A program made the position numbers and the translations under genes. A stretch of DNA of 62,716 nucleotides, filler included, from Klebsormidium nitens (lineage: Eukaryota > Plantae > Klebsormidiophyceae), in assembly GCA_000708835.1 (NCBI GenBank). It is 5 parts of 5 records of this genome, joined end to end, with 100 filler letters (N's around TTAATTAATTAA, not from the genome) between each part and the next. Parts side by side here need not be neighbours in the genome. Positions count along the whole stretch, not along the records: positions 1 to 28,018 come from DF237805.1; positions 28,119 to 34,572 come from DF238354.1; 3 more parts are not named here. The stretch is one strand, 5' to 3'. The notes beneath the pieces are model-generated. The model was not told the origin of the DNA. It saw only the letters and a list, made by a program, of their open reading frames with translations, and did no database searches. Positions within the stretch are counted from its first letter, which is position 1, and every line of letters begins with the position of its first letter. This document shows, in pieces, positions 19,401-30,837 of the stretch.

Positions 19401-21106
19401 AGGCCTTTCTGGAATGCAACCATCTTTCAAAGCCCCCAGTTGGATCACGATGCAGGATACATGGACCTGTCTTGACAAGTCCCTTCGAAGCAAAGACGCC
19501 TAATCCAAACGATGACCTTTTTACCAACAGATCTGGGTCCTGAACCTGGGGACCTTCGTGTTGTCCGCCGCATGGGGGACCGCGGTCGGCCTGTTCTGCT
19601 CCCGCCAGTGGAGCCACCACAACGCACCCGGCTTCGACAGAGAGGACGCAGGGGTGAGCGGCGCCTTTTTAAAACGTTTGGAGAGCTTTGCGCGACTGCA
19701 TTTGAGCCGATCACGCCGAAAATTGGCCGTTCACGTCGAAGTTCCGGCACTCGCGCTTTCGACGACTCTAGGGGAACTTTGCTTGGCGGCCTCAATGTGG
19801 CTGAAGGCTGCATCAGTAATACGCGAAAGTGAACGAGGCCGAAAGGCTGCTTTGCCCTATGGGGCCTTCCAATGCTCAACCGTAAGAAGAAAGCTTTCGC
19901 AATCTGCATCGTCGTCTCTTCCCGCAGGCTTTGGGCGCTGTAGAAGGACAGGTGTGCTTCCTGGTGGCTTTCGCCCTGCTGCGGCTCTTCAGCCAGCTTC
20001 TTCTGAGCGTGGTAAGTGCGCCACGTGGCCAGACTGGACTAGCCATCCCTTTGCCGACCAACGGCTTTGACTGTAAGCGGTGAACGACAGACTACACCGC
20101 TACAGATATTAACATGAGCAATTACACCTTTCGATGTTGGGAAGACTCAGGGACCAGCTCTGTACTGGACTCTGTCAGAGCTTTGATGGTGATCTCAGCA
20201 CGATTTCATGCTCTGCCCTTCCGGTTGAATGTTGATAGATTCAACCTTGCGCCTCGTCCTACGTCACTGCCAGCACCTAAGCAAGTGAAAAAATTAATCA
20301 TGCCTTCCCTTTCCTTAGCCAGACTATACTGCTGGATTGCTGGTACAGATTCACCGCAACATTTTCTCCAGGTGGACACTGTCTACATCTGCTTCGCTCT
20401 GGACAAGAACCAAGGCGACGTGACCAGGCGACAAGTACACGAGGTGCGTGCCAGTCGTCTACTTCATCCTGGGAAGCCTGAATACTTTGCTGTAATTCTT
20501 CTCCTATTGCCACAATTCAATTGGGAAAGATGTTACTGCGTCATTCGTTTCCTGATGCGACCGTTAGACGAATGCGGTCAATAGGACGGGCCCCAACCGC
20601 ATTCTCGGACGAGGCGGCCAGGTCTACGTTGAGCTTTGCGCAGAATTTAGAACTTCGCCCTCGAGTGTGTCCTCAATCGGTTTTCTGCGTACAGATACAG
20701 AAGGCACACGTTCTAAGTGGTATCTGACGTTGAGACGTTCGAGCGGTCCTTTTTAAGCAATGGTCAACCTCATATTCTGCGCTCCTCTAGACATCATCCT
20801 CCTGAGAAGGACGTCACACAGGTCATTTGCTGCTGCTAGTTTCAAATAAATTTCCGCATCTTGACGATGAGCTTTCGCATCTGATCTGCAGCAGAATTAT
20901 GGTCGACTCCTTTACGAGATCTTGGACGTTCCTTTGTCCCGCAGATCTACGAGAAGCTTCCCAGCGTGAAGAAGGGCAGACATGGTGAGGACTACGAAGC
21001 TGCGCAAGGCAACGGCGGGCAACCTTACTATGCGTCCGCACCCCCAGTGCCGGGACTGCCAGCGCACAACGCCACAAGAGGGGAGCCGGTCACAGGTTAT
21101 CCTTTA
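13467..21106 (+). CDS. Choline transporter-like (CTL/SLC44, plasma-membrane choline transporter family) multi-pass membrane protein, about 13 exons
   Basis: From ATG 13467 the spliced product reads RRSYRDAFFL|VLFLTALGATVGIGIYG ... GLILLWLLKTVPFFLVYATVSLV ... KLALTARLLGCSAAALRENLSL ... FTVAGVIAQ|WYF ... RYAVGPSLGTLCLSSLVV ... CVVCCFEAILSGIEFVTKFTIITVAITGDSFCSAAARTFVLLRRN ... VDTVYICFALDK ... IYEKLP, with stop TAA at 21104-21106. All inspected junctions are GT-AG and in phase. Confidence 0.9.
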
Positions 21107-21476
21107 AGGTAGCCCTGGGGTCGCAACCTCTTTGGCTCTGTCAAAAGCAACAATATGCGTGTGTACATATGATGTCATTTTTAGTCACGTTTCCCATTTT
21201 TGGAGTCACTCCTGCTCGAGTGTTGCGGTCGACCCGTCAAGAACAAGTAAAGGGGTATTGCTGTGGTATTTTTAGTATTAAGATCAAAGATAGCCGGACA
21301 AGGAGAGGAACATTGCATGTGCCATTTTTGAGTTTGAATAGATTGGAGGCCGTAGTCACATGTTATGTGTAAGAGCGTGGTCCGACTAAATTGCGTGGCA
21401 GCTAGGTTGGCCCGCATTGAGTTATGAAAGTGTATTTCTTGCAAACATGTATTATTTTGTATCTCAAAAGCACTTT

Positions 21477-21566
21477 CATGTCGCGCGTGCCGCAATGCAT
21501 TGCAATGCATCGCGGCACGCGCGACATGAGCTCGCACTCTGAGACATGTCTCAGAGTGCGAGCTCA
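21477..21566. repeat. Two abutting long palindromes (52 bp near-perfect, 40 bp perfect)
   Basis: 21477-21528 CATGTCGCGCGTGCCGC-AATGCATTGCAATGCATC-GCGGCACGCGCGACATG has one mismatch. 21527-21566 TGAGCTCGCACTCTGAGACA|TGTCTCAGAGTGCGAGCTCA is perfect. Confidence 0.95.
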
Positions 21567-22212
21567 CCGTCATGTCTATACGTCATGTCCATCACCCCTG
21601 CAGGCTGAGGACTTATTAAAAAGTTTCTTCGTTCTCCAAAGGAGGAGCATCCGGTCGATCCATGTGTTGATAACATGCATCTGGTATTGATCAATGTATT
21701 GAACTCATGGTGCGCGCTTGCAATTGCATGTTCGAAGAGGAACTTATGTCTACGCGCCTTATAATGGGATTATTGATCGAACGCAGATCAATAGACGCAA
21801 TCATGAAGCAATTAAGTTAAATTGTATATATGCGGACTGATATGGCTTCCGCATACGCTATTCAATGGAGCCTGATTTCAAGCAGAACAAGGCTCATGTC
21901 ATGTGGATGATTTGGACTATCATGTTGCAGCTTCTTTGAGTTTAATACCAAGTTGAACTTCTTCTAAGGCCCTTGACTCTAAATCAAGCTACTTGCAGCA
22001 TTCCGAATTTGACACCATGCCCTCCTTCGATCAAGCATGTACGATCGGCTTCACTGAAGTTCCATAGCTAGATGTTAGTGTGAGTTCCAAAGCCTCCATC
22101 TTCTGTATAATATTTGTCCGCACTTCGCATCTGTGGTAAATGCTCTATTGGGCCAGCTGATATATCCACTCTTCATGGTCCATATTTACAATTCGTGTCA
22201 CAAGACCCTACT

Positions 22213-22742
22213 TCAATCTTCCAGAAGAATTACAAGAACCCCTTTCTCTTCGATCCCTTTTCTCACTTCTCTCGAGACCTTCTTCCCTAGAACCGCCGGT
22301 CGACATTTTACATTCAACTTCCCGTACACCTTCTCCCATAGCTCAGCGCGCCGGACAGCTCGTGTTGCATCTTTCATGCCGATCCGTATACTAATCTCCC
22401 CAATCAAAAACTCCGACAGCCCCGGCTTCCCACTCTGCTTCCCACAATCGACAACAATGTCAATCCTCAGAGCTTCTGCTGCTTCCGATTTTGTAATGAC
22501 CCCGTACTCAGCCGCCCACTCCGCATCTTTCCGACGCTCGTCTTTCGGAACATAGCGTGACTGTAGGCCGATGAACTCCTGAAACACCAATCCATAATTC
22601 TCGGCAATCTGCGCCTCTAGCCCCGGTCCGGCCAACGACCCAGTAAGATCGTCTAGCCTACGGTCCAAGCCCCTGATGCTTTTCTTCAGGTTCCCCTCCA
22701 GGTTCGAGAACTGCCTCCAAGTAACGTTTTCAATCACAGTTT
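22213..22742 (-). CDS. Terminal exon encoding a coiled-coil plus PD-(D/E)xK nuclease-like domain of prokaryotic type
   Basis: 174-codon ORF preceded by an AG acceptor at 22743-22744. Heptad segment NLEGNLKKSIRGLDRRLDDLTGSLAG, then RIDIVVD...FLIGEISIRIGMKDATRAVRRAELWEK...RPAVLGKKVSREVRKGIEEKGVLVI. This follows the pattern of bacterial/archaeal coiled-coil PD-(D/E)xK proteins. Upstream exons not identified. Confidence 0.6.
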
Positions 22743-24599
22743 CTGCATCAAACCAGCAAAGCTACCGCTGAGAAACAAATGAAAGAACTGGAGACTAAAA
22801 TGGAAAAGCAAGGGATTGCAACGAACACGGTTCTGCCCGCTCCTTTCTGCGGAATTCACAGAACAGTACAGGCAACCTTGCAAGACAAGCTGCTTGGCGC
22901 ATCAAAAAAACCCTTCTCCATTGATCCCCTGAGGCTGTTCTTTCCTACATACATCAGAAACTGTTCCTTCATGTGTTACGCTCACCTCCATGCTTTTTGT
23001 TGGTAACCGCATGCGACTCGTCTCGTAGTTTCGTTTGCCCTGAAAATGATGACATCAAGACTCTGAATGCAGTTGCCGAATGGCGCTGTAACTACAAGCA
23101 GCTTGCTAATATCAAAGCCTCACATATGACCAAGATGTGACACCTTTCAAGCATGTGTGCAGGGACTCGTAACTACGTCTTTCGTTGTCTGCATTGAAGC
23201 TGCTGATCAGTCGACCAGCAATTATGCATAAGGATGCACGACCCCGTACTCCAGTAGCATCGACTCATGCGACATGTAATCATCAGGCAGCCATGGTACC
23301 GCCTGCAGAACTAGAATGAGCCACCACCTTACACCACGAGTTGGTTTGCATCCAGCAGTACAATGGAATCAACCAGCACATCTTGGTTTGAGGTTAAGCT
23401 GCAGATATGTCTGATGTAGATCATGCTTTTTGACCACTAACCGTCCATGCATTAGGAAAGAGGGTCTTTCTTCATCTCCTCTTCCCTGACTGATGCTGAC
23501 AAATAATCGTCTGCCGAAGCTGGACAGGTATTGGTTCTGAGGGGCCCAATCTAGTGGACTTAAACCGTTGATCAACAGTTGACGTGAGCAAGACAATCAA
23601 GACTACGTTGGGGACATTGCAGCAGAAGTTACCTGGTGATGGTACGGACCGTGCAGGCAAACCCTGCTTGTCAGAATCATTGTTCACTGCCACCACTGAA
23701 AGTGGACCCATCCTCAATCCCTGCCGCACAATTGCACTTGAAGACGTCATAGTGGCAAATTACGTTCCCACGTTCCCCTGCTAGGAAGAAGGTGTCCTGT
23801 ACAGGGACTGCTACCCTGTTCTCGCCTGCCTGCTGATCTCTTAATCATACCTCATTCTGCTGATCATTCACTTCGCAGCGTGCCAAAGTTGCTGATGGAC
23901 TTGACTATAGCAGCACGAGAGGAGCATCACACAGGCTCCAGCAACAGCAGCACTGCAGCAACAGCAATTAGCCCTGAAAGGTCTATTTAAACACTTGGTC
24001 CTACACCATTTCGCTAGCTAGCTTGCGCGAAACAATGGCTTTATGGAAAACGGATTATCCTGAGGAGTACACTTACTCGGCTCCTCAGCTGATTTGTGAG
24101 GGGCAGAAAGCCTTGAAAGAAAGGTACACTACTAACCAGACATCTAACCCAACTCTCTAACCAAGGATTCCGTGCGCCCCTGCAGGAGGGGAAGGCGCGA
24201 AACAATGGCAACCCGATCTGACAGTGGAGACTGAAGCCAAGGCCCAAGCTGCCAGTTTGGCATGGTGAGCCGAGGAGAGTCTTCAGGAGAGTTATACCGG
24301 TAGGTAAGTTATAAGGCTACGCTACATTTAGGTAACATGGGGGGCCGTCTGGACGACGGCACAGGCTTGCCTCTTTCTCGATTCAAAGTCGTGCAATGAA
24401 TCTTAATACGATAATCATAGCAAGACACTTGGTATCCATGAGAAACCTCTAGAGCGCCGACTGATGCAGCTGAGCACTATGCAACCTTCACGAGATTACG
24501 TTCTCAGTTTAAGATCAGAAGTCCTCAACGCTCACTGACTGAAAACGACAATGAGGACATGCAATTCAGAGGTCCGCAGGACTGAACGTTTGATCTCAG

Positions 24600-26700
24600 C
24601 ACTTCAAAAGCGCTCCGATTTTATACCACCAGCAGCTTGGACTTGTCTACCATAACAGGTATCCCTAATCCTTGGAATTCCTAATATCAAATCATTCAAC
24701 GTGTCTTTCACGTGCGCATCTACGAGTTGTTCTCTTGTTATGCCAGAATGTCTAATTGCCATTTGAAAGCAACTGTACGTAGCTTGTTCTAATGCTCTTG
24801 GCTGCTCTGGAATTCCAAAAACTTTGCAAACATCTCGATCAGGTAGAACATCATCTCTTAAAGCTCAAAAAAGCCTGCTTGCCGCCCACCTCACCGTATG
24901 TCTAATGGTCTCTGCCCGTTCGTTTTCTGATACCAATCTCATCCTACTTCTCAAGGCTTTACACGCAGGCTTATGGTTCCTCCAATCTGATTGTTGATGC
25001 TCAACTGTACAATAGTACGTGGCTTTACAGTGACTGTCCGCATCTAGTAAACGTAGCTATTCCGCAGATTTCGCAGATGCCAGCCACCTCAATTGTACGC
25101 TCTTCTCTGTCAAAAGTACTCATCATTCGTCTAGTTCATCACATCAAGTGCTATTTCATCACTTCAGTAGCACTACTGCCTTTATCGCTGTTGCCCAGAG
25201 TAGTTTTAGCAACGGGAGGACTCTCCGTTCTTTGCGGGCTCGATCTTGTTTCCCGTTCAGCTGCGAGAGTCGACAAATGGTTTTCCATGCTTTGCAGAAA
25301 AGAAGTACCTCCATGAAGCAGCTGATGCTGCTGAAAGCGAACTTTACAGAGCGCATAGAAATAGTGCCCGCTTTTCCACGAATCCCAACAGAAATCATAT
25401 CATAGTACGAGCGGACTGATTCCGCCGGAATCCGAATGCCCACGATGCTCGTGATTTCATGTGTTTTGTGAAACTCACTGTCCATACAGATGCTATCGGT
25501 TAGTTTTCATACAGAAGTATGCCTTACCTGAGCGTTCTCTCGAGAGTGGCTGCAGTTCGTCGCGGATGTCAAAGATAGACTGCCCGACGTCGTTCAGCTG
25601 CGTGTGTTGGATGATTCGCCGGACCTGTGCGCGAAGCAACTTACAAGTTTAGACTCCAAAGATTTAGTAACAAGAATACCACTGTTCTGATGCAACGGGG
25701 AGCAAAAGTCTGCAAAGATGCGCGTTTCAACCGCGTCTTCAACTCGTACGTGCACTCTAGACCCAGCATCAATTTGAGGTCGTGTCTTTGAGACTCTCTC
25801 TGAGAAAGTTGTTTATGCTACCATTGTTTACAGGAAACCCATCAAAGAAATCCTTTCAGAGATTTCGATGCTTACGTGCATTGTATGCCCTGCATCGTCT
25901 TCAGACCGGGTCTGCAAGGCATGAGGCAGCTCCTCTGGTTTCAAGTTGTCCTCTAAACGAGAGAATCCAGGCGGCAGTCTGCTAGAATCGCCCACATCTG
26001 CTGCGTCATCTGCATCCGCGTCTCCTTTTCTAAGAATCCGCAAGCGCATATTGTGTCGAGGATCTGGGAAAATGACGTAGGTTTGGAAATGCCGCAAAAG
26101 ACGATCGGATTTCTCCCAGTCCTGCAAGCGAGGGCCACGCGAAGAAACTATCAGCGAGCCAATCTATCCTCCGAGAACAGCTATCAGCTTATTTTTCAGC
26201 ATGGTGTTAAGGCAGCGAGATTCAAAGTATTTATAGCAAACTGTACCATGTCTTGCTTCTCTAGTTTGGAACTGTCTCAATCTCCGAGTGTTCTACAATA
26301 ATGCTGTTGAAACATAAGACTCGTGGGCGCACTACAAAAAGAGCATGCACGACCAGCGTTAAATAAAGATCATTTCTTACCACGTCCCGAGCAAAAAAGA
26401 CCTCAAAATGGGTTGGATGGTGCAGCGTCTCAGCTCTCCGCATCGGATTCTGAAATGATACTCGCTCAGCGTGATTCTCAATAAGGACCAATTTCCCCAG
26501 CAGTATGAGTTCTTGCACCACAACTCCGCTTCGCGCCCTAAACTCGCGGAAAAGTCATGTCCTGAGATGTCCTCGCCAGACGCCATAGCTAGGTCCAGGT
26601 CTCTGCCAAGCGCTCGAATCAAGACGACCTGCTGCAGCGCATTTGAAATCAATCGAGGAGAAGCACACAGTGCAGTAGAGTGCGTCCAGCTAGCAAGACA
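24600..26700 (-). pseudogene. Decayed, apparently intron-poor long reading frame of unknown origin
   Basis: Protein-like ORF pieces 26377-26652, 26261-26521, 25828-26127, 25159-25485 and ~24640-24950 follow one another on the - strand, separated by scattered stops or shifts. No family recognised. Confidence 0.3.
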
Positions 26701-26993
26701 GAGTCATTAGCTTTGACATTCCGATCGTCCGATCAAGTATGATCAAACACCTCCTAAGCATCGAACAGTCTTCGACTGCTGCATGCATGTAGCTGGAAAA
26801 ATGTATCGGCAGTTTGCTTTGCGCACGCTTCCAACTCTTATGCATCGTGCTCAGGTTCCCTAATAGATCACTAGCATTCCGAGCTCAGAGACATTTAAAC
26901 AGGGCGCATATCTTAGAGGGATTGAGTAAGAGCGGCGCGCGAATTGCGCGCTGAGATTATGAGTCCTGTTTCATGTGAGCATGGCGGGGCTTA

Positions 26994-27900
26994 TTGCAGG
27001 CTAAGTGCACGAAGGTCCTGTTTCGTTTGCTTAAGCGGGCACCTTTGAATCTACGAGCAATGGCTAGACGAAGACTGAAAGCGGCGGGTGTGGCGCTCTT
27101 GCTTCGATGGTTGGAAGAGAAGAACGTCCGAAAGCTATTGCATGAGCTCACAGCAGCATGCGCGTCTGCAACTTACATACGACAGCATCCAATCGTGTAT
27201 GCGTCAGCACAACAGCGTGAGCAACTGTTTCAAATGGGAGCAAACCGGGAATTGGTGGACCAAGGCTTCAGCAGCAGACGAGAGCTCATGAACTTCATCA
27301 GACGCGCTGAGAGTGCGCTGCGAAAGTTGCAAGCCACCCGTTCTTCGAACGAACCTCAGGAGCTAGCTGACAGTAAGTTTTTTAAAAGTATAATCCAAAT
27401 CAGCCGTCCAAAGAACAGGTTGCTGAGCAAAGGGTGAAGTCTGTTTCATCTCGTGCTGAGCTGCAAGATGATTTGAAGCAACATGGAGGTCCCAAAGGAC
27501 AGCAAAACTGGCCGCGTCAAAGATCGTTTTACTGCATTTTAGTCTCAGTTCAGTCATGAATAGGTCTCAATTCAGCATTATTTGAGCGAGCAAAAGATTG
27601 CGAATCAGAAACATTCCTAATTAAGAATAGATTGCCAAATACCTTGGAATTCTCATACTTGTAGGTGTGCTGCGCGAGATATTGCAAACAGCTTGGGATT
27701 CTCATACCTGCAGGTGTGCTGCGCGAGATATTGCGCACGTGGTCGCCACCTGGAGACGACTTGGACATGCTGTACGACCAGCAGTATGCTATCGAGTACG
27801 AAGGAGACGGATGTGACATTCCGTTCTCCGTTCTCCGAGAGCTCTGCGACTTGTTTGGCATCACAGGGGCTCAGCTTCAACGGATGGGGGGCCGCTTGAT
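26994..27900 (+). CDS. Hypothetical protein (at least two candidate exons)
   Basis: 147-aa ORF 26994-27437 with a GTAAGT donor near 27373. Downstream exon VLREILRTWSPPGDDLDMLYDQQYAIEYEGDGCDIPFSVLRELCDLFG lies between an AG acceptor and GTAAGT at ~27902. No homology recognised. Confidence 0.3.
27643..27734 (+). repeat. 49-bp-period tandem duplication containing a splice acceptor
   Basis: CTTGGAATTCTCATACTTGTAGGTGTGCTGCGCGAGATATTGC (27643-27685) and CTTGGGATTCTCATACCTGCAGGTGTGCTGCGCGAGATATTGC (27692-27734). Confidence 0.9.
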
Positions 27901-28018
27901 TGTAAGTCATTCTTTTGAGCTTTCTGTCTTTCTGTGACGTCTGCCCTAAAGCCTCAGCTATAAAGCGGCAATACGATCAGAGAACGAAGCGGAAACTCTG
28001 TCGCCTATGCAGCAGCCA

Positions 28019-28118
28019 NNNNNNNNNNNNNNNNNNNNNNNNNNNNNNNNNNNNNNNNNNNNTTAATTAATTAANNNNNNNNNNNNNNNNNNNNNNNNNN
28101 NNNNNNNNNNNNNNNNNN
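28019..28118. other. Assembly gap spacer (N44-TTAATTAATTAA-N44); identical spacers at 34573-34672, 40917-41016 and 60139-60238
   Basis: Four identical 100-bp blocks with a six-frame stop linker. Plain N gaps also occur at 38505-38958 and 61594-61614. Confidence 0.97.
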
Positions 28119-28163
28119 AAGCAGATGTGCATGAGGCTAGGCTTGCCGGAGGAACCGCGCCAA

Positions 28164-28346
28164 TGTCACCATCGGCCGGGTTCAAACCGTGACACGACGA
28201 GTCAAGGCTAGGGCTTAGTCTGTACAGTAGCCCGAAGCCAGGCTAGCAAAGTACTGCTAGTGTGTAGTACTAGACTCGAACCTTGCGACTCGATGTATCA
28301 TTCCTAAAGTTGCAAGTCTCTACTCAATTCACAATGGCGCCCGAGC
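28164..28346 (+). mobile_element. LTR-retrotransposon 5' LTR-like remnant with primer-binding-site-like motif
   Basis: Starts TGTCAC at 28164 and ends TCACA at 28333. It is followed after 1 nt by TGGCGCCCGAGC (28335-28346), whose first 10 nt match the classic tRNA-Lys-type PBS TGGCGCCCGA. No second LTR or pol seen nearby. Confidence 0.45.
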
Positions 28347-29113
28347 TTCCCTCTCGTTCAGCCTGATCCTATAGCATTGTGTGCGAGCGTGGTGATTGCA
28401 TCGGCCCAAGCGCATGGTGAGTCATGGCATGGAGCGAGTGCGAGCATGGGGCTTTGTGGGAGCCGAAGCAACATGAGTGCAAGGAATCACCGAGCATGAA
28501 GTATGCTTGAGAGGTTATAGGAGTTACAAACCAGCCATCCCTTTGCCCATCATGTCCTGTAAGAAACTGTGCATGGTCTCTACTTGCAAATTTAGGAATG
28601 ATGGGTGGTGGCTGTTAGGAGCTTCTTGAAAAGGTAGAAAGGGGGAAATTGTGATTGATCCAAACCCGGAGGATCACTTTCACTTTGCAGCGGCAAGCGA
28701 GTTTGCTTGGGTGCACGATACAAGTGAGGGGCAAAGGAGCTGCAGGGCCCAAGGGTTCCTGTGCCGGCAGCCACTGTCGTTAGATCGCCTTCGGGTGGCC
28801 TCTCGGCAGCAAGTCACCAGAGGTGAGCCACTCGTAGCTCAACTGGGTGGTTACGGCCCTTCGTGGGCCATGACATAGACACCAGGGAAAGCAGGGTCGG
28901 ACTTGAGCACTGAGTGACTAGAAGCAAGTTGATTGGTGACGGCTCTCCTCGGCGACCTTCAACGGCCACAGAAAATTAGCCGTCAAAAGAACGTGGGCGA
29001 CAAGTTTGAGGGGCATTCAGGGCACAGACGGTGTTCCTGTTGTTTCTGAGCTTGACTTCCCAAGTCTGAGAGCGCATGTATTGTCTCCTTCTTACCGTGT
29101 TCTCTTTGTACAG

Positions 29114-29684
29114 GTCGCGGTGAACACGTCCATCACCGAGGTGTCGCAGTTCTTGGAGCACATTGTCAACTCCACCAACATGAAGTGCTTGACGCCTCCG
29201 TGAGTGCCAGGACCGTCTCTTGTCTCAGGATCGTCCTCATCCGTAGAAGTCGTGAACGCTGGCGACTCGTGCCCTTTCTGGCCCCGCTCTTTCAGATTTG
29301 CCTGTCGAATCGGGAGACCTGCCAGTGATGTTGGGGGCTTATGCTGGACCCTCTCTTTGAGGCTCCCTTACAAAGGGTTCTTGCTTCTGCGATTGTCCCT
29401 TTTGTTGAGCGATTAAAACTTTAAGTTACGACGATATTGACGGCACTTTGTTATGAATATGTGATCCCCCTCTTATTCGTTGCAGGTCGGCTTTGGATGG
29501 GGACTGCGGCTTCTTGGCGACGAACTTGTATGCGAAGAGTGTGTTTGGCGAAGATGCCCTGGTCAATGTGAGCGTAGAAAAGCAGCCTGATGGGAAGCTG
29601 GGTGGGTACATCCGGATTCGGAGCAAGACGCAAGGTATTGCCTTGAGTCTGGGAGACAAGATCACTCTCAAGCAGAAAGGTTAG
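29114..29684 (+). CDS. COPB1: Coatomer subunit beta, last two exons only (orphan 3' fragment)
   Basis: Exon 29114-29199 [29 protein letters not shown] and exon 29486-29684 [65 protein letters not shown] match the highly conserved beta-COP C-terminus. The intron is GT-AG and in phase. Confidence 0.92.
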
Positions 29685-30837
29685 TCGCTGAGTCCAGCAA
29701 TCCGGTGAGAGGAGTACCGAACGGTTGAAACGGGATCCGTTCTTGAAATGGAGTCGAGCTCCTGCAGATATTCCATTGTTAAGCACACTGCTGCAGATTT
29801 TGCATGCATTATGAATCATGATGGCCCGCCTATAGAGTATTCGTGATCCAAGTGTACACATGGGATCAGTGCCGCATATATATTGTGGTGGTCCCTGTTT
29901 GCACCATGCGCTTGTCATGTCTGTTGACTTCTTGGGTCAAACATGGACGGCCGAAACAAGAGACGTGGAGCTTGTCTATAAGATAGCTGACGTTGCAGCG
30001 TGCAGTTTGCGGGGCATGCGGAGTGCATCATCATATACTAAACTGACGACATGTACGTACGACCATACTTCATGTTGCACATTGATCTGCAATTCAGCAA
30101 TGCGGGCCTTATACAAGATCGAGCATAAGCTTTGCAAGCTAAATACCGTAACACAATGCAGATCAGATCTGATCGAGTACGCATGCAGCCTGCATAGTTA
30201 CTGTAGCTATATATCATGTAGCCTAGCTATGGGATCGATGTAGATTCGTCGGCCAGATCGGAGTAGTCACGATCAACTAGCTCTCTACACCGATCTTGAA
30301 GTCGTTTCTTTGTGCTTTCATAACTTCAAAAAACCAAAGCTTTGTAATCTACGATCGGGCCGCCGCGACTCATGCAGTTTCCCTGGCTACATGGACTCAA
30401 GAGCCTAGCTGGTTGCCTTGTTTGCAATGAACGTTTCCTGGGTGCTAAAAGAGCATAAAACGACTGGGTCACGTGCGACCCCATCAGTACCTGTACGTAG
30501 GAAGACGCCACGGCAGTCGGGCGTCAGTAAGACACAGTTCTTTGAAGCTCGCAGCGACAATGTCATAAGCAGTCCAAGAAGGACATGAGATGCGGAAAAC
30601 ATGCTTCGCTCAATTTAGATGGCCTCTTGAGAACGACCCAGTAAATTAGTTCGCAGTAACGAATTGAGAATCCTTTGAAACTTCGTTTTCTCTGTCTCAT
30701 TTCAAGATTTAGGCACACAAGCAAGCCGTCAAAGCTTCTTTTGGAGACAAAACGGGAGGCTTGGACGGAAAGTTTTCGGTTGAGAAAGCGATCACTGCTT
30801 CTAAGAAGGAGCGAGCAATCAGACCCTGCAACTTACC

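Noticed and set aside
28063-28074. TTAATTAATTAA repeated four times at gap centres (also ~34617, ~40961, ~60183)
   Set aside because: Always centred in an identical 100-bp N block; it is an artificial six-frame-stop spacer, not a biological site.
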